Assembly: GCA_030428385.1 (NCBI GenBank)
Contig: JAUIDY010000001.1
Coordinates: 14,279-78,278, forward strand
Length of the DNA stretch: 64,000 nt
Direction of reading: 5' to 3'
From: Rhodothermia bacterium
GTDB lineage: Bacteria; Bacteroidota; Rhodothermia; Rhodothermales; JAAAOL01
Part shown: piece after piece, positions 11,838 through 22,765 of the stretch
How the letters are laid out: each line of letters opens with the position of its first letter
How positions within the stretch are numbered: the stretch's first letter is position 1
The notes under the pieces: generated by a model
Database searches by the model: none
What the model saw: the letters and a program-made list of their open reading frames with translations, nothing else
What the model was told of the DNA's origin: nothing
Made by a program: the position numbers and the translations under genes

Positions 11838-13790
11838 CTAATTACTACCCACGTCAATGACCTGTGCGGTGCCGTTTCGGGCTTCCCAGACCCAGGTGGC
11901 CGGGAGCGGCACCGACTTCTGCCCACGCCCGCGTCCTTTCTGGGTATAATCAATGTGCAGGTTTACTTTCAGAAAACCCTGGCCCCCAACCACTTCCTGG
12001 TTGCGATAGTCTGGGCTGAACGTCGCCCCCGTGAGGTTAAACGTCCGGTGCAGCTGATCAATTTGCGGCTTGTAGAAGTTGCGCAGTGCCGTGGGGACGT
12101 TGGCCCAGTCGTCGTTCAAAATGGCGTTCTCCAACTGGTCCAGCAGCGGGTAGCTGGCGTCTTGCAGCGTCGTCAGCGGATCGACGGGCGGTGGTGCGGG
12201 TTCCGGCTCGGCCTCCACAGGAGGCGGAGACGCGGTAGTCGCTGCCGTGTTGTCGTCCGGCGGCTCGTTTTGAACAGGCTCGTTGCTCGTTTCATTCGCG
12301 GCGACGGGCAACGGGTCCGGGTCTGTGGACCGGTTCGGCGTTTCGTTTACCGGCGTGCGCACAGGCGTCGCCGTGTTTTGCGGGGCGGCGTCTTGCTGGC
12401 GCGGCGGCGGAGCGGCAGCAGGGGGTGGCGCTGTTTCGGTAGTCGTTTCGGGCACGGTAGACTCGGCCTCCGGCGGTGTGGCCGACGCCAGCAATTCTTC
12501 TTCCCCCGCAGGAAGCGTTGTTTCGGGAGAGGTTGTCTCCGGCAGCGTAGTCTCCGAAATGTTGATCGGCGGATCGCCACCCTCGGGCAAGAGCGAGATG
12601 GTAGCATACACCGCACCGACCAGCAACAGCAGCCCTCCGGCAAAAGCAGCATACCGCAGCCACGGTGTTGTATCGGTGCCTTTAGGTGCCCGCGTTTTCG
12701 TTCGGGTCTTGGTGCGCGTTTTGGTGCGGGTAAACGTCCCGTCTGACGGTAATGCCACCAGTTCAGCCTCGCAGACATCCAGGGCCGCCAGCATCGCCTG
12801 GGCATCGGCATACCGCTGGTCGCGGTCTTTCGCCAGCGCCTTCAGGATAAAGGCTTCGAGCGGGGCCGGAATGTCAGGCCGAAACGACGTCATCGGCGGG
12901 AAGTCCTGCTCCACAATGGCAAGCTGGACGGCAAAGGAGCCGCTTTCCTTGTTGAACGGCAACCGCCCCGTCAGAAGCTCATACAGCGTCATGCCGATGG
13001 AAAACAGGTCGCTGCGCTGGTCGAGCTTCGTGTCGCCTTTGATCTGTTCGGGCGACATATACGCCAGCGTGCCCGACTGCGTGAGCGTGCGGGTGGCGTC
13101 GTCTTGCTCGTAGAACTTCACCAGCCCAAAGTCCATCACCTTCACCGTTCCGTCCGCCGTCAGCATGATGTTGTGCGGCTTGATGTCGCGGTGCAGGATG
13201 CCACGTTCGTGTGCAAACTGGAACGCGACGAGCAACTGCCGGATCAGGGGGATGGCCTCGTCCCACGGCATCGCGCCCCGGTCGCGGATGCGCTCGGCCA
13301 GCGTCTGTCCCTCCACAAACTCCATCGTGATATGGTGCCCCACCGCCGATTGGTTCAGCGTATACACCGTCACGATGTTCGGGTGGTGGATGCGCGCCAT
13401 GGCCTTGGCTTCCAGTTGGAAACGCCGCAGCAATTCTTCGTTGCGCATCAGCGTCGGCGAGATCACCTTGAGGGCTTCGGCACGGTCGAGGCTGACGTTT
13501 TGCACCTTGTATACCATGCCCATGCCGCCCTGCCCGAGCAGTTTTTCATAGCGGTAGCCGTCCACCACCTCGCCCATTTGCGGCTGCACCATCATGGTGC
13601 CCGCACCAAAGACGCCGGCGGTGTTGCTCGAAAAGACGGGGCCGTGCGAGGCCAACCGTGTTTGCACGGCCTGAAGCAGATCCGTGTCTTCTTTGCAATG
13701 TGCGTGTAGAAACGCCTCGCGTTGCGCGGCAGGCAATGACGAGACGGCCTGGACAAGCGTGGTAATCTGGCTTTCCCGATGGGAATCCAT
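11838..13790 (-). CDS. Hanks-type Ser/Thr protein kinase with TM helix, Pro-rich linker and C-terminal extracytoplasmic domain
   Basis: Carries the GQGGMGMVYKV P-loop, HRDIKPHNIML catalytic loop, DFGLVK, and SPEQ. A TKTRTKTRTKTR tract precedes a TM segment (WLRYAAFAGGLLLLVGAVYATISLL), followed by a ~170-aa P/T/E/A-rich region. The start could instead be the upstream codon at 13874. Confidence 0.85.
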   Translation of the reverse strand: MDSHRESQITTLVQAVSSLPAAQREAFLHAHCKEDTDLLQAVQTRLASHGPVFSSNTAGVFGAGTMMVQPQMGEVVDGYRYEKLLGQGGMGMVYKVQNVSLDRAEALKVISPTLMRNEELLRRFQLEAKAMARIHHPNIVTVYTLNQSAVGHHITMEFVEGQTLAERIRDRGAMPWDEAIPLIRQLLVAFQFAHERGILHRDIKPHNIMLTADGTVKVMDFGLVKFYEQDDATRTLTQSGTLAYMSPEQIKGDTKLDQRSDLFSIGMTLYELLTGRLPFNKESGSFAVQLAIVEQDFPPMTSFRPDIPAPLEAFILKALAKDRDQRYADAQAMLAALDVCEAELVALPSDGTFTRTKTRTKTRTKTRAPKGTDTTPWLRYAAFAGGLLLLVGAVYATISLLPEGGDPPINISETTLPETTSPETTLPAGEEELLASATPPEAESTVPETTTETAPPPAAAPPPRQQDAAPQNTATPVRTPVNETPNRSTDPDPLPVAANETSNEPVQNEPPDDNTAATTASPPPVEAEPEPAPPPVDPLTTLQDASYPLLDQLENAILNDDWANVPTALRNFYKPQIDQLHRTFNLTGATFSPDYRNQEVVGGQGFLKVNLHIDYTQKGRGRGQKSVPLPATWVWEARNGTAQVIDVGSN

Positions 13791-13951
13791 GGCGGACGCA
13801 GAAGAAGCTATGGCAGAAGCGTTGGGCAAAGTAAACGCATGAATGGGTGGGAGTTTCACGTCCCCCACCCTCAACTCAACAAAGGGCTATCAAAGAGGAT
13901 AGCGAAAAACCCACGCGGGACGGTCCATGCGGCAAACAGGGCGCCTCACTA

Positions 13952-15286
13952 TCACGCCTCTTGCACACCGTACCAGTCAATCGAACGCGAGAGGTACATG
14001 GTGATGGCGAGGGCGACAAACAGGCCCAGGCTGCCCACCAGCAGCGCATAGTCTTCGAGTTGCAGGATGACGAACACGAAGCCATAAACCACCACCAGCA
14101 CACCGCCCGTCACGAGGGCATGGCGGGTGGACTTGAAGATGCTGCGGCTGTATAGCGCCACCAGCCCAATGGTAGCGAGCCCCGCCAGCCAGTAGGCCAG
14201 ATTAAACAGCGTGTGCTCGGCCACGGCAAGGAGAAGCGCATAAAACAGACACAGCGCCAGCCCCACCAAGATGTACTGGAACGGATGGGCCCGCTCGCGG
14301 TGGCGCACCTCGGTGAAGAAAAACACTAGAAACGTGAGCGCTATCACCAAGATGGCGTATTTGGCCGCCCGCGTCGTCTTCTGGTACCGATCCACGGGAA
14401 GCAAAAGCCGAACACCAAACGCCGATTCCGTCAGGTTGGGGGCGGCGCCGCGCCACTGCTGCGGGTAGTTGCGGTTCAGGTGCAGCACGCGCCAGTCGGC
14501 CTCAAAGCCGTCGGCGGAGACGGTGCGGTCGTCGGGCAAAAACGCGCCGTCGAAGCTAGGCGTGGCCCACGGTGCGGTGAGGTGGAGGGTGGTCTCCTGG
14601 CCCAGCGGCGTTGCCATCAGCGCCCCGCTGCCGTTCAGGTCGAGGTCGAAGGAAAAGGCATAGTGCCCTGCGACCGGCGGTGTGCTTGTGACAGGGACGC
14701 GCGTGCTGATACCGGCATCCAGCACATCCGAGGCTTCCACACCGGGGTTGAAGGTTGCCGTTCCGCCGTTCCAGCCCAGCACCACCTGCTCGTTGATGCC
14801 ACGCAGGTCGGAGATCCCCACGGCAATGGTCGCTTCGTTCCACAGGATGTCGGCCTCCTCAATGCCCCACTCGGCGAAGTCGGGCAGGGGGAAATGACCG
14901 TTGAAAGCAAGCTGGGTGGTGTAGACCACCACCTCGTAGATGCCCCGGTAGCGCGTCTCGGGCGTAATGGCCCCGTTGATCGCCAGCGCTTCGGGCAGGA
15001 AATAGGCGTGGTGCGTGGTGGTGATGGTGCGGCCTTCGTCGGTGGTGTGGTAGCTGCGGTAGGGAATGGTGAGCAGTGGCCCCGCCAGGGTTTGGGCATG
15101 GCCCCACTTGCCGCTCACCTCCTGGATGGCGTCCTGCCGCCGGTATTCGCGCTCGCGCACCAGCGACTGAATCATGGACGCGGGAATCAGCAGCAGCAAC
15201 ACCAGAATCCCCATCGTCAGCAGCTTGATGGTCATCGAGTTGCGGATGCGGGTGTTGAGGCGCTCGAAGAACGACGGATTTTCCAT
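13952..15286 (-). CDS. creD: CreD-family inner-membrane (cell envelope integrity) protein
   Basis: The N-terminal TM and LIPASMIQSLVREREYRRQDAIQEVSGKWG block, a large periplasmic middle and a C-terminal cluster of TM helices match the CreD layout. ATG 15286 was chosen. Confidence 0.75.
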   Translation of the reverse strand: MENPSFFERLNTRIRNSMTIKLLTMGILVLLLLIPASMIQSLVREREYRRQDAIQEVSGKWGHAQTLAGPLLTIPYRSYHTTDEGRTITTTHHAYFLPEALAINGAITPETRYRGIYEVVVYTTQLAFNGHFPLPDFAEWGIEEADILWNEATIAVGISDLRGINEQVVLGWNGGTATFNPGVEASDVLDAGISTRVPVTSTPPVAGHYAFSFDLDLNGSGALMATPLGQETTLHLTAPWATPSFDGAFLPDDRTVSADGFEADWRVLHLNRNYPQQWRGAAPNLTESAFGVRLLLPVDRYQKTTRAAKYAILVIALTFLVFFFTEVRHRERAHPFQYILVGLALCLFYALLLAVAEHTLFNLAYWLAGLATIGLVALYSRSIFKSTRHALVTGGVLVVVYGFVFVILQLEDYALLVGSLGLFVALAITMYLSRSIDWYGVQEA

Positions 15287-15693
15287 GCCGAACCTCCCAT
15301 CAGTGAAACTTGAGAGCAGGACGATCCGTGGGAAACAAAGTTTCTTGCCCCCACTCCCCTGTTGCCACACCACACCGTCCCCGCAGAACCCACCGTGGGC
15401 TCAGTCGTACGGAGTTCTCAGAAACGGTCGAGTACGTTGATTGGGAGCAGTGTTGGTCGCTTTTCGGCCCATCACCGCCCCGAGGCCCTGCGGCTTCGCC
15501 TTCGGTTTCTCAGCCCGTAGCGCTGCGCTGAACTGAAATCCTCAACAAGCGCTACCCCCTGAAACTTGCACCCGCGTTGGTGCGGCCCTAGTTTTATCCG
15601 CCTGCTTTTTTCTATCTTGCTGCGCCTCTTCGTCCACGGTTCCTGTTCCACCGACCTCGCGCAGCAGCCCTAACGTCCAGCATTTGTGCCCGC

Positions 15694-16305
15694 ATGGCGA
15701 AAACCGCCCCCACGCCCGCCCCTTCTGAGTCGAGTGAACAAGACCGCGATCTGGTTGAGCAGGCCCTGGGCGGGAATGAACAAGCGTACCGGCAACTGAT
15801 GCAAAAGTACGACCGGGCGCTGTACCACCATATCTACCGGATGGTGCGGGCTAAAGGGCAGGTGGAAGACCTCGTGCAGGAAAGCTTCATCAAGGCCTTC
15901 TCGGCGCTTAAATCCTACTCGTCGGACTACGCCTTCTCGACGTGGCTCTACAAGATCGCCACGAACCACACCATCGACTACCTGCGCAAGAAGAAGCTGC
16001 CTACCTTCTCCATCGACAAGCCCATCAACACCAAAGATGGCGAAATGGACTATGAGGTGCCCGACACCACCTACCGCCCGGACCGGCATGTGGTGGACGA
16101 CCAGCGCCGCGAACTGATCCAGGAAGCCATCGACGCACTCCCGGAAAAGTACCACCTCGTCATCGTGATGCGGCACCAGCAGGAAAAGTCGTACGAAGAA
16201 ATCGCCTCGGAACTCGACCTGCCACTCGGCACCGTAAAAGCCCACATCTTCCGCGCCCGCAAGCTCCTCTATAAATATCTGCGCGAGAAACGGGAATCGT
16301 TTTGA
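15694..16305 (+). CDS. ECF/sigma-70-family RNA polymerase sigma factor
   Basis: Region 2 (DLVQESFIKAF...FSTWLYKIATNHTIDYLRKKK) and region 4 (SYEEIASELDLPLGTVKAHIFRARKLL) are present. Confidence 0.85.
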   Translation: MAKTAPTPAPSESSEQDRDLVEQALGGNEQAYRQLMQKYDRALYHHIYRMVRAKGQVEDLVQESFIKAFSALKSYSSDYAFSTWLYKIATNHTIDYLRKKKLPTFSIDKPINTKDGEMDYEVPDTTYRPDRHVVDDQRRELIQEAIDALPEKYHLVIVMRHQQEKSYEEIASELDLPLGTVKAHIFRARKLLYKYLREKRESF

Positions 16306-16544
16306 GGGAAGAGGATTCTGTAGGGAATGGGGTGTGGGGAATAGCGAGTAGGTGAGAAAGGCATCTATTCGACCCGTCGTGGCACCTGTGGCGACGCGCC
16401 GTGGCGCGTCGGGTTGGGAAACACCGGCAACCTCTGCTCCCCTCGAACTGCTCCGTTTTTTAACCTACGGGCTTGTGGGAATTGCCTTACTTTGTCGCGT
16501 GTTTGATTGCGCCTTGATGGATCCCCTCCTGAAACCCCACCTTT

Positions 16545-17840
<1,296 letters not shown>

Positions 17841-18085
17841 GAGCTTGAGCATGAGAGAAAGGGGGTGTGGGAGATCTTGTTCAAATCGCCGTGCTCTCCC
17901 GTTCCCAACCTCTCCCTCTCCCCCATTCTCAAATTCTCCCCTTCCTATCCCTTCACACGATGTTTAACTTTTAGTCTAGAACCCGTACCTTCGCGGTAAT
18001 TCGGTTGGCTCCCGCAATTGGTTGACCAAACTGGATTTGGAAGCGCTTTCTGCGCCTTCTTTGTTCACCAGATTGGAATCGTATT

Positions 18086-20974
18086 ATGTTCTTGACTCCC
18101 CTGACACGGGTTCTTCGCCTCGCTTTGGGGCTGTGTTTCGTCTTTGGAATGCTAACCCCTGCAGCATTTTCTCAAACGGCCTCGGTGCGAGGCACCGTCA
18201 CTGACGCGTCGGATGGCCTGCCGCTGGGCGGGGCCAACGTGATCCTCACCACCGATGGCAGTACCCTGATTTCAGGTGGAGCGACCGACATCGACGGGGT
18301 GTATCAGATCAGCAATGTCACGCCGGGCAGCTACATCATCGTCGCCCGTTTTGTGGGGTACGAGGAAAAGGCCGAGCAGATTACCCTGGCTGCAGGCCAG
18401 ACCCTGACGCTCGACTTTGAAATGGGTCAGGCAGGCTTCGACCTCGACGCCGTGGTGGTCACGGCGTCGCGTCAGGCAGAGAAAGTACTAGACGCGCCCG
18501 CCTCTATCTCCGTCCTCAGCGCCCGCGAGGTGCAGCAGGAGGTAATCTCTAACACCGTGGACGCGCTCCGCAACACCACGGGCGTGGATATGGCACAGAC
18601 CGGCGTGGACCGCCGCGAGGTGGTGCTGCGTGGCTTCAACAACGCCTTCTCCGGTGCCGCGTTTGTCCTCACCGATTACCGGCAGGCCGCCGTGCCGTCG
18701 CTGGGCGTCAATCTCTACTCCGTGATGCCGAACCAGAGCACCGACATCGAGCGGGTGGAAATTGTGCGCGGGCCGGGCTCGGCGCTCTATGGCGCGGGCG
18801 TGGATGCCGGGGTGGTGCACTTTATCACCACCGATCCCTTTACGTCGCCCGGAACCACGCTGTCGGTGATGGGCGGCGAGCAGTCGCTCTTCGGCGGGCA
18901 GTTCCGCCACGCGCAGGTAATTGGCGACAACGCCGCGTTTAAGGTGACCGGCGCGTTTACGCAGGCCGAAGACTGGGGCATGGACCCCAACAACGCCGAC
19001 GACGCCGCGCAACTGGAAGAATCGATCCTGTGCGAACGCAACAGCACCGGTGTCGTCACCAGCTTCGACTCGTGCCGCAACGACGACTACCAGAAGCTGA
19101 ACCTGAACGGATCGTTTTATTATCGCTTCAACGACCTCACGACGCTGACGGCTACGGGCGGCTTCTCCTCGCTCACGGCTACCGTTCTTTCGGGCATCGG
19201 GACGCTGCAAGCGGACGGGTTTGGCTATTCGTACGGCCAACTGCGCCTCCAATCGGGGCCGCTCTTTGCGCAGGTGTACGTAAACCGCAACGAGGCGGGC
19301 GACTCGTTTGTGTATGCGAACGACTTCGATAACAACGGCGTCCCGGATGGCGTGGTGGACAACTCCATCCAGATCAACGCCCAGGCACAGTACGACTTTG
19401 CGCTCCGCGAAGACAAGCAGCGGTTCATCGTGGGGGTTGACCTCGAAGCCCTCAACCCCGACACCGACGGCACCATCCACGGGCGCAACGAGGACGACAA
19501 TGATGTCCGCGAATACGGCGCCTATGTGCAGTCGGCCACCCAACTCACCGAGCAACTCGATCTGACGCTGGCCGTGCGCGGCGACTACAACAACATCGTG
19601 GACCAGTTTCAGCTCTCGCCCCGTGCGGCGGTGGTATACAAGCTGACCCCGGGCCACTCGGTGCGCGCCACCTACAACCGTGCCTTTTCGTCGCCCGGCA
19701 CCAACTCGCTGTTCCTCGACATCAACGCCCGCACGGTGCCGCTGGCGCCGGGACAAACCCTGGTGTTGCAAGGACGCGGCTCGGCGAATGGCTTTACGTT
19801 CGACAATTTTCGAAGCAACCGGCAGATCCGGTTCTCGTTGCCCGGCAGCCATTTCCGCAGCGACGTGCCCCTGAACGCGGTCCCGCTGCAAGGCATCTAC
19901 GAAGCCCTCGTGGGCGGACTGGCAACGGCGGACCCCTCCACCCTTCCGGCTCCCTTCAACAGCCTGCCCGCCGAACAACTCGGTGCGCTGGTGCAGGCCC
20001 TCGGCAGCCTGACACCGTTTGTGCAGGGCACCACGCCCGCCATTATGGGCTTCCCGCTCGATAGCGGCGGCCTGCGCCTGATCCCGGATCCCATCGACAT
20101 CGATCCGCTGGAGCAAACCACCAGCCAGGTGTTTGAGGTAGGCTACAAAGGCATCTTCGCCGACCGTGTGCTGCTGGCCGTGGATGGCTATTACGTGAAC
20201 AAGAAAAACTTCGTCGGCCCCCTCCTCCTGGAATCACCCGTAGCGGTTGCTCCAGGCCTTGGCGATGACCTCGCCGAAATCCTGGGCCCAATTCTGCAAG
20301 GCGCGGCCGCGCAAGACCCCACCGTGCAAGGGCTACTCACCGGCCTGGGCCTCACGCCCGAGACGGCCGCCGTGCTCATCGGCGGCGTCGCCGACGCCCA
20401 ACTGGGCAGCAGCGCCTTGGGCTTTGTGCAACCCGACCAGGAGCTTACTAGCGATCCGAACGTGGTGGCGGGCTTCCTCGCATACCGCAACTTCGGCGAC
20501 CTGACGTACTGGGGCGCGGATATTTCGATGCAGTTCCTGCTCAACGACCGCGTGAACCTGTTCGGCAACCTGTCCGTCGTCAGCGACGACTTCTTCGACC
20601 CCGATGAACTGGACGAGCGCGGCACCGACCTCAGCCTCGCGCTCAACGCACCGACGCTGAAGGTGAAGCTGGGCGGTAGCTATAGCATCCCTGGTGGCCT
20701 TTCCGTCAACGCCTCGGGGCGCTACTCCGAGGGCTTCCCGGTGGCATCGGGGCCATACGTGGGGGGCCTTCCGGCACCGTTCGGCGACGGCACGGGCGGC
20801 GTGGAGAGCTACTTCCTGCTGGACGTGGGGGCAAACTACGACTTCACGCGCACCGTGCCGGGCCTTCAGTTTGGCCTCAGCGTGCAAAACCTGCTGAACA
20901 ACGAACACCGCGAGTTCCTTGGTGCCCCGCTGCTCGGACGCATGGGCCTGGCGCGGCTGACGTACAGCTTCTAA
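18086..20974 (+). CDS. TonB-dependent outer-membrane receptor with N-terminal carboxypeptidase-regulatory-like domain
   Basis: Signal peptide, SVRGTVTDASDGLPLGGANVIL, and plug blocks (VVVTASRQAEKVLDAPASISVLS, VEIVRGPGSALYGAG). The terminal residues are ...GLARLTYSF. Confidence 0.85.
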   Translation: MFLTPLTRVLRLALGLCFVFGMLTPAAFSQTASVRGTVTDASDGLPLGGANVILTTDGSTLISGGATDIDGVYQISNVTPGSYIIVARFVGYEEKAEQITLAAGQTLTLDFEMGQAGFDLDAVVVTASRQAEKVLDAPASISVLSAREVQQEVISNTVDALRNTTGVDMAQTGVDRREVVLRGFNNAFSGAAFVLTDYRQAAVPSLGVNLYSVMPNQSTDIERVEIVRGPGSALYGAGVDAGVVHFITTDPFTSPGTTLSVMGGEQSLFGGQFRHAQVIGDNAAFKVTGAFTQAEDWGMDPNNADDAAQLEESILCERNSTGVVTSFDSCRNDDYQKLNLNGSFYYRFNDLTTLTATGGFSSLTATVLSGIGTLQADGFGYSYGQLRLQSGPLFAQVYVNRNEAGDSFVYANDFDNNGVPDGVVDNSIQINAQAQYDFALREDKQRFIVGVDLEALNPDTDGTIHGRNEDDNDVREYGAYVQSATQLTEQLDLTLAVRGDYNNIVDQFQLSPRAAVVYKLTPGHSVRATYNRAFSSPGTNSLFLDINARTVPLAPGQTLVLQGRGSANGFTFDNFRSNRQIRFSLPGSHFRSDVPLNAVPLQGIYEALVGGLATADPSTLPAPFNSLPAEQLGALVQALGSLTPFVQGTTPAIMGFPLDSGGLRLIPDPIDIDPLEQTTSQVFEVGYKGIFADRVLLAVDGYYVNKKNFVGPLLLESPVAVAPGLGDDLAEILGPILQGAAAQDPTVQGLLTGLGLTPETAAVLIGGVADAQLGSSALGFVQPDQELTSDPNVVAGFLAYRNFGDLTYWGADISMQFLLNDRVNLFGNLSVVSDDFFDPDELDERGTDLSLALNAPTLKVKLGGSYSIPGGLSVNASGRYSEGFPVASGPYVGGLPAPFGDGTGGVESYFLLDVGANYDFTRTVPGLQFGLSVQNLLNNEHREFLGAPLLGRMGLARLTYSF

Positions 20975-21023
20975 TACGGATTGCGCTCATTGATGTCAGG
21001 ATACGTGCCTTCGAGAACGGGTC

Positions 21024-21123
21024 CTCTCTCCCCTGGCGGGAGAGAGTCAGAGTGAGAGGGAATCGTAGAAACAAGCATCGTTGTTTCACCCTCACCCTGG
21101 CCCTCTCCCATCAAGGGAGAGGG
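21024..21123. repeat. Composite REP-like element made of three hairpins
   Basis: Three hairpins: ctctctccc/gggagagag (21024-21046), gaaacaa/ttgtttc (21068-21087) and ccctctccc/gggagaggg (21101-21123). The outer two units are in inverted orientation and are flanked by agagtgagaggg / caccctcaccct. Confidence 0.5.
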
Positions 21124-21193
21124 AACGCGGGAAAGAGCACCAGCGCTATCCCAACATCATCAAACGGTATCGGTGTGACCCGTCTCTTTGTTT

Positions 21194-21592
21194 TTACGTC
21201 CACAGCGTATGCATCGGGTGGCGCAGTGCCAGCGTGCCTTCCATCAGCGTGCGGTCGAAGTTGATAAAACCGTTGACGAGGTAAACCTCCTCGGGCGTGC
21301 AGTTCCACAGTAGCTTGACCTCGCGGTCGCCGCGCCGGTAGTCGTTTGTGAGGATGACACCGACGAGCCGGTTGGTCGCCGTGCCGAGGAAAATGTCCAC
21401 CTCGCCGCCATCAGAGGTGTGCGTATCGCAGACGTAGCCGTAGTCGATGGGGTAGATGATCTCGGGAAACTGCGGATGGGGCGAGCGGTAGGCCCGCTCC
21501 ACCACGGTGCCGTTGGTCTCCACCAGCGCTTCCCACGCCGCCCAGTTAAAATGCTGCGTGAGAAGGGTGGCAAAGGACGCGTTTTCGGACAT
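21194..21592 (-). CDS. Small inorganic-pyrophosphatase-like protein
   Basis: YPIDYGYVCDTHTSDGGEVDIFLGT resembles the family I PPase metal-binding core. ATG 21592 was chosen. The assignment is tentative. Confidence 0.5.
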   Translation of the reverse strand: MSENASFATLLTQHFNWAAWEALVETNGTVVERAYRSPHPQFPEIIYPIDYGYVCDTHTSDGGEVDIFLGTATNRLVGVILTNDYRRGDREVKLLWNCTPEEVYLVNGFINFDRTLMEGTLALRHPMHTLWT

Positions 21593-21711
21593 AAGCACGA
21601 GGGTTGAGCAAAACAAAGGGTTGTACGCGGTGCGCGTCCGACCAGATTCGAGAAACCCCGCAAAGCGAGCGGCTGTTCATCCTGCCCTCCTTCGCCCCAA
21701 CCCGCTGCACC

Positions 21712-22734
21712 ATGTCCTCACTTCCCACCATCCGCGACATCGCCCGTGCCCTCGAAGCCTGGGCCCCGCCCGCCTCGGCGCAGTCATACGACAACGTGGG
21801 CTTGCAAGTGGGCGATGCCTCCCGCGAGGTGGAACAGGCATTGATTGCGCTGGACCTGACGCCGCAGGTGCTGGAAGAAGCCAAGACCCAGGGCGCAACG
21901 CTCATCATTACGCACCATCCCTTGATTTTTCGCCCGCTCCGAAATGTCACCACGGCAAATCCTGTCTCCGGGCTGGCGTTTCGGCTGGCGGAAGCGGGGA
22001 TCGCGCTCTACAGCATCCACACCAACCTCGATGCCGCCCCGGCAGGCGTCTCGTTTTCCCTCGCCGAGCAGTTGGGCCTGCGCGACGTGCAGTTCCTCGA
22101 CACGATGGACGAGGCGCTGTACAAACTGGTCGTGTTCACCGCCGACGCTGAAGCCACACAGAATGCGCTGGCGGAAGGCGGTGCGCACCGCCTCACGGTC
22201 CTACCAACCGCCGAAACCACGCGCCTCGAAGCCGAGGTGGACCGGTGGCATTTGAAGTCGATGTTGGCCGCACTTCCTCCCGGTGCAACCTATGATGTGT
22301 ACCCGGTGCAGCAAGCCACCTCCCGCGCTGGGCTGGGCGCCATCGGCACGCTGGAAGCACCCGAACCGCTCCCAGCATTCCTTGCGCGTGTCAGCGAGCG
22401 GCTGGACGCCGCCAGCCTGCGGTATGTGGGCGACCCCGAATCCACCGTTCAAACCGTGGCCGTGTGTGGCGGCTCGGGGAGCGACTTCACGCGCCGCGCC
22501 CTGGCCGCCGGAGCCGACGCCTACGTCACCGCGGACGTGACATATCACAAGTTCTTCGATGTGCTGGATGCCAACGGACACCCACAAATGGCACTGATCG
22601 ACGCCGGGCACTACGAGACCGAAGCCATCACCGAACGGCTGCTGCAACACTGGCTCCGCGAACGATTCCCCGCCACCAACTGGAACCGCACCGCCCTGCG
22701 CACCAGCCCCATGCAGACGTTTGTGCAACGGTAG
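21712..22734 (+). CDS. Nif3-like dinuclear metal centre protein (GTP cyclohydrolase 1 type 2 homolog family)
   Basis: Carries YDNVGLQVGD, LIITHHPLIF, SIHTNLD and DAGHYETE blocks, with an inserted middle domain. ATG 21712 was chosen. Confidence 0.85.
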   Translation: MSSLPTIRDIARALEAWAPPASAQSYDNVGLQVGDASREVEQALIALDLTPQVLEEAKTQGATLIITHHPLIFRPLRNVTTANPVSGLAFRLAEAGIALYSIHTNLDAAPAGVSFSLAEQLGLRDVQFLDTMDEALYKLVVFTADAEATQNALAEGGAHRLTVLPTAETTRLEAEVDRWHLKSMLAALPPGATYDVYPVQQATSRAGLGAIGTLEAPEPLPAFLARVSERLDAASLRYVGDPESTVQTVAVCGGSGSDFTRRALAAGADAYVTADVTYHKFFDVLDANGHPQMALIDAGHYETEAITERLLQHWLRERFPATNWNRTALRTSPMQTFVQR

Positions 22735-22765
22735 TAGTCTGACCAGCCCATTCTCATTTGGTGTC

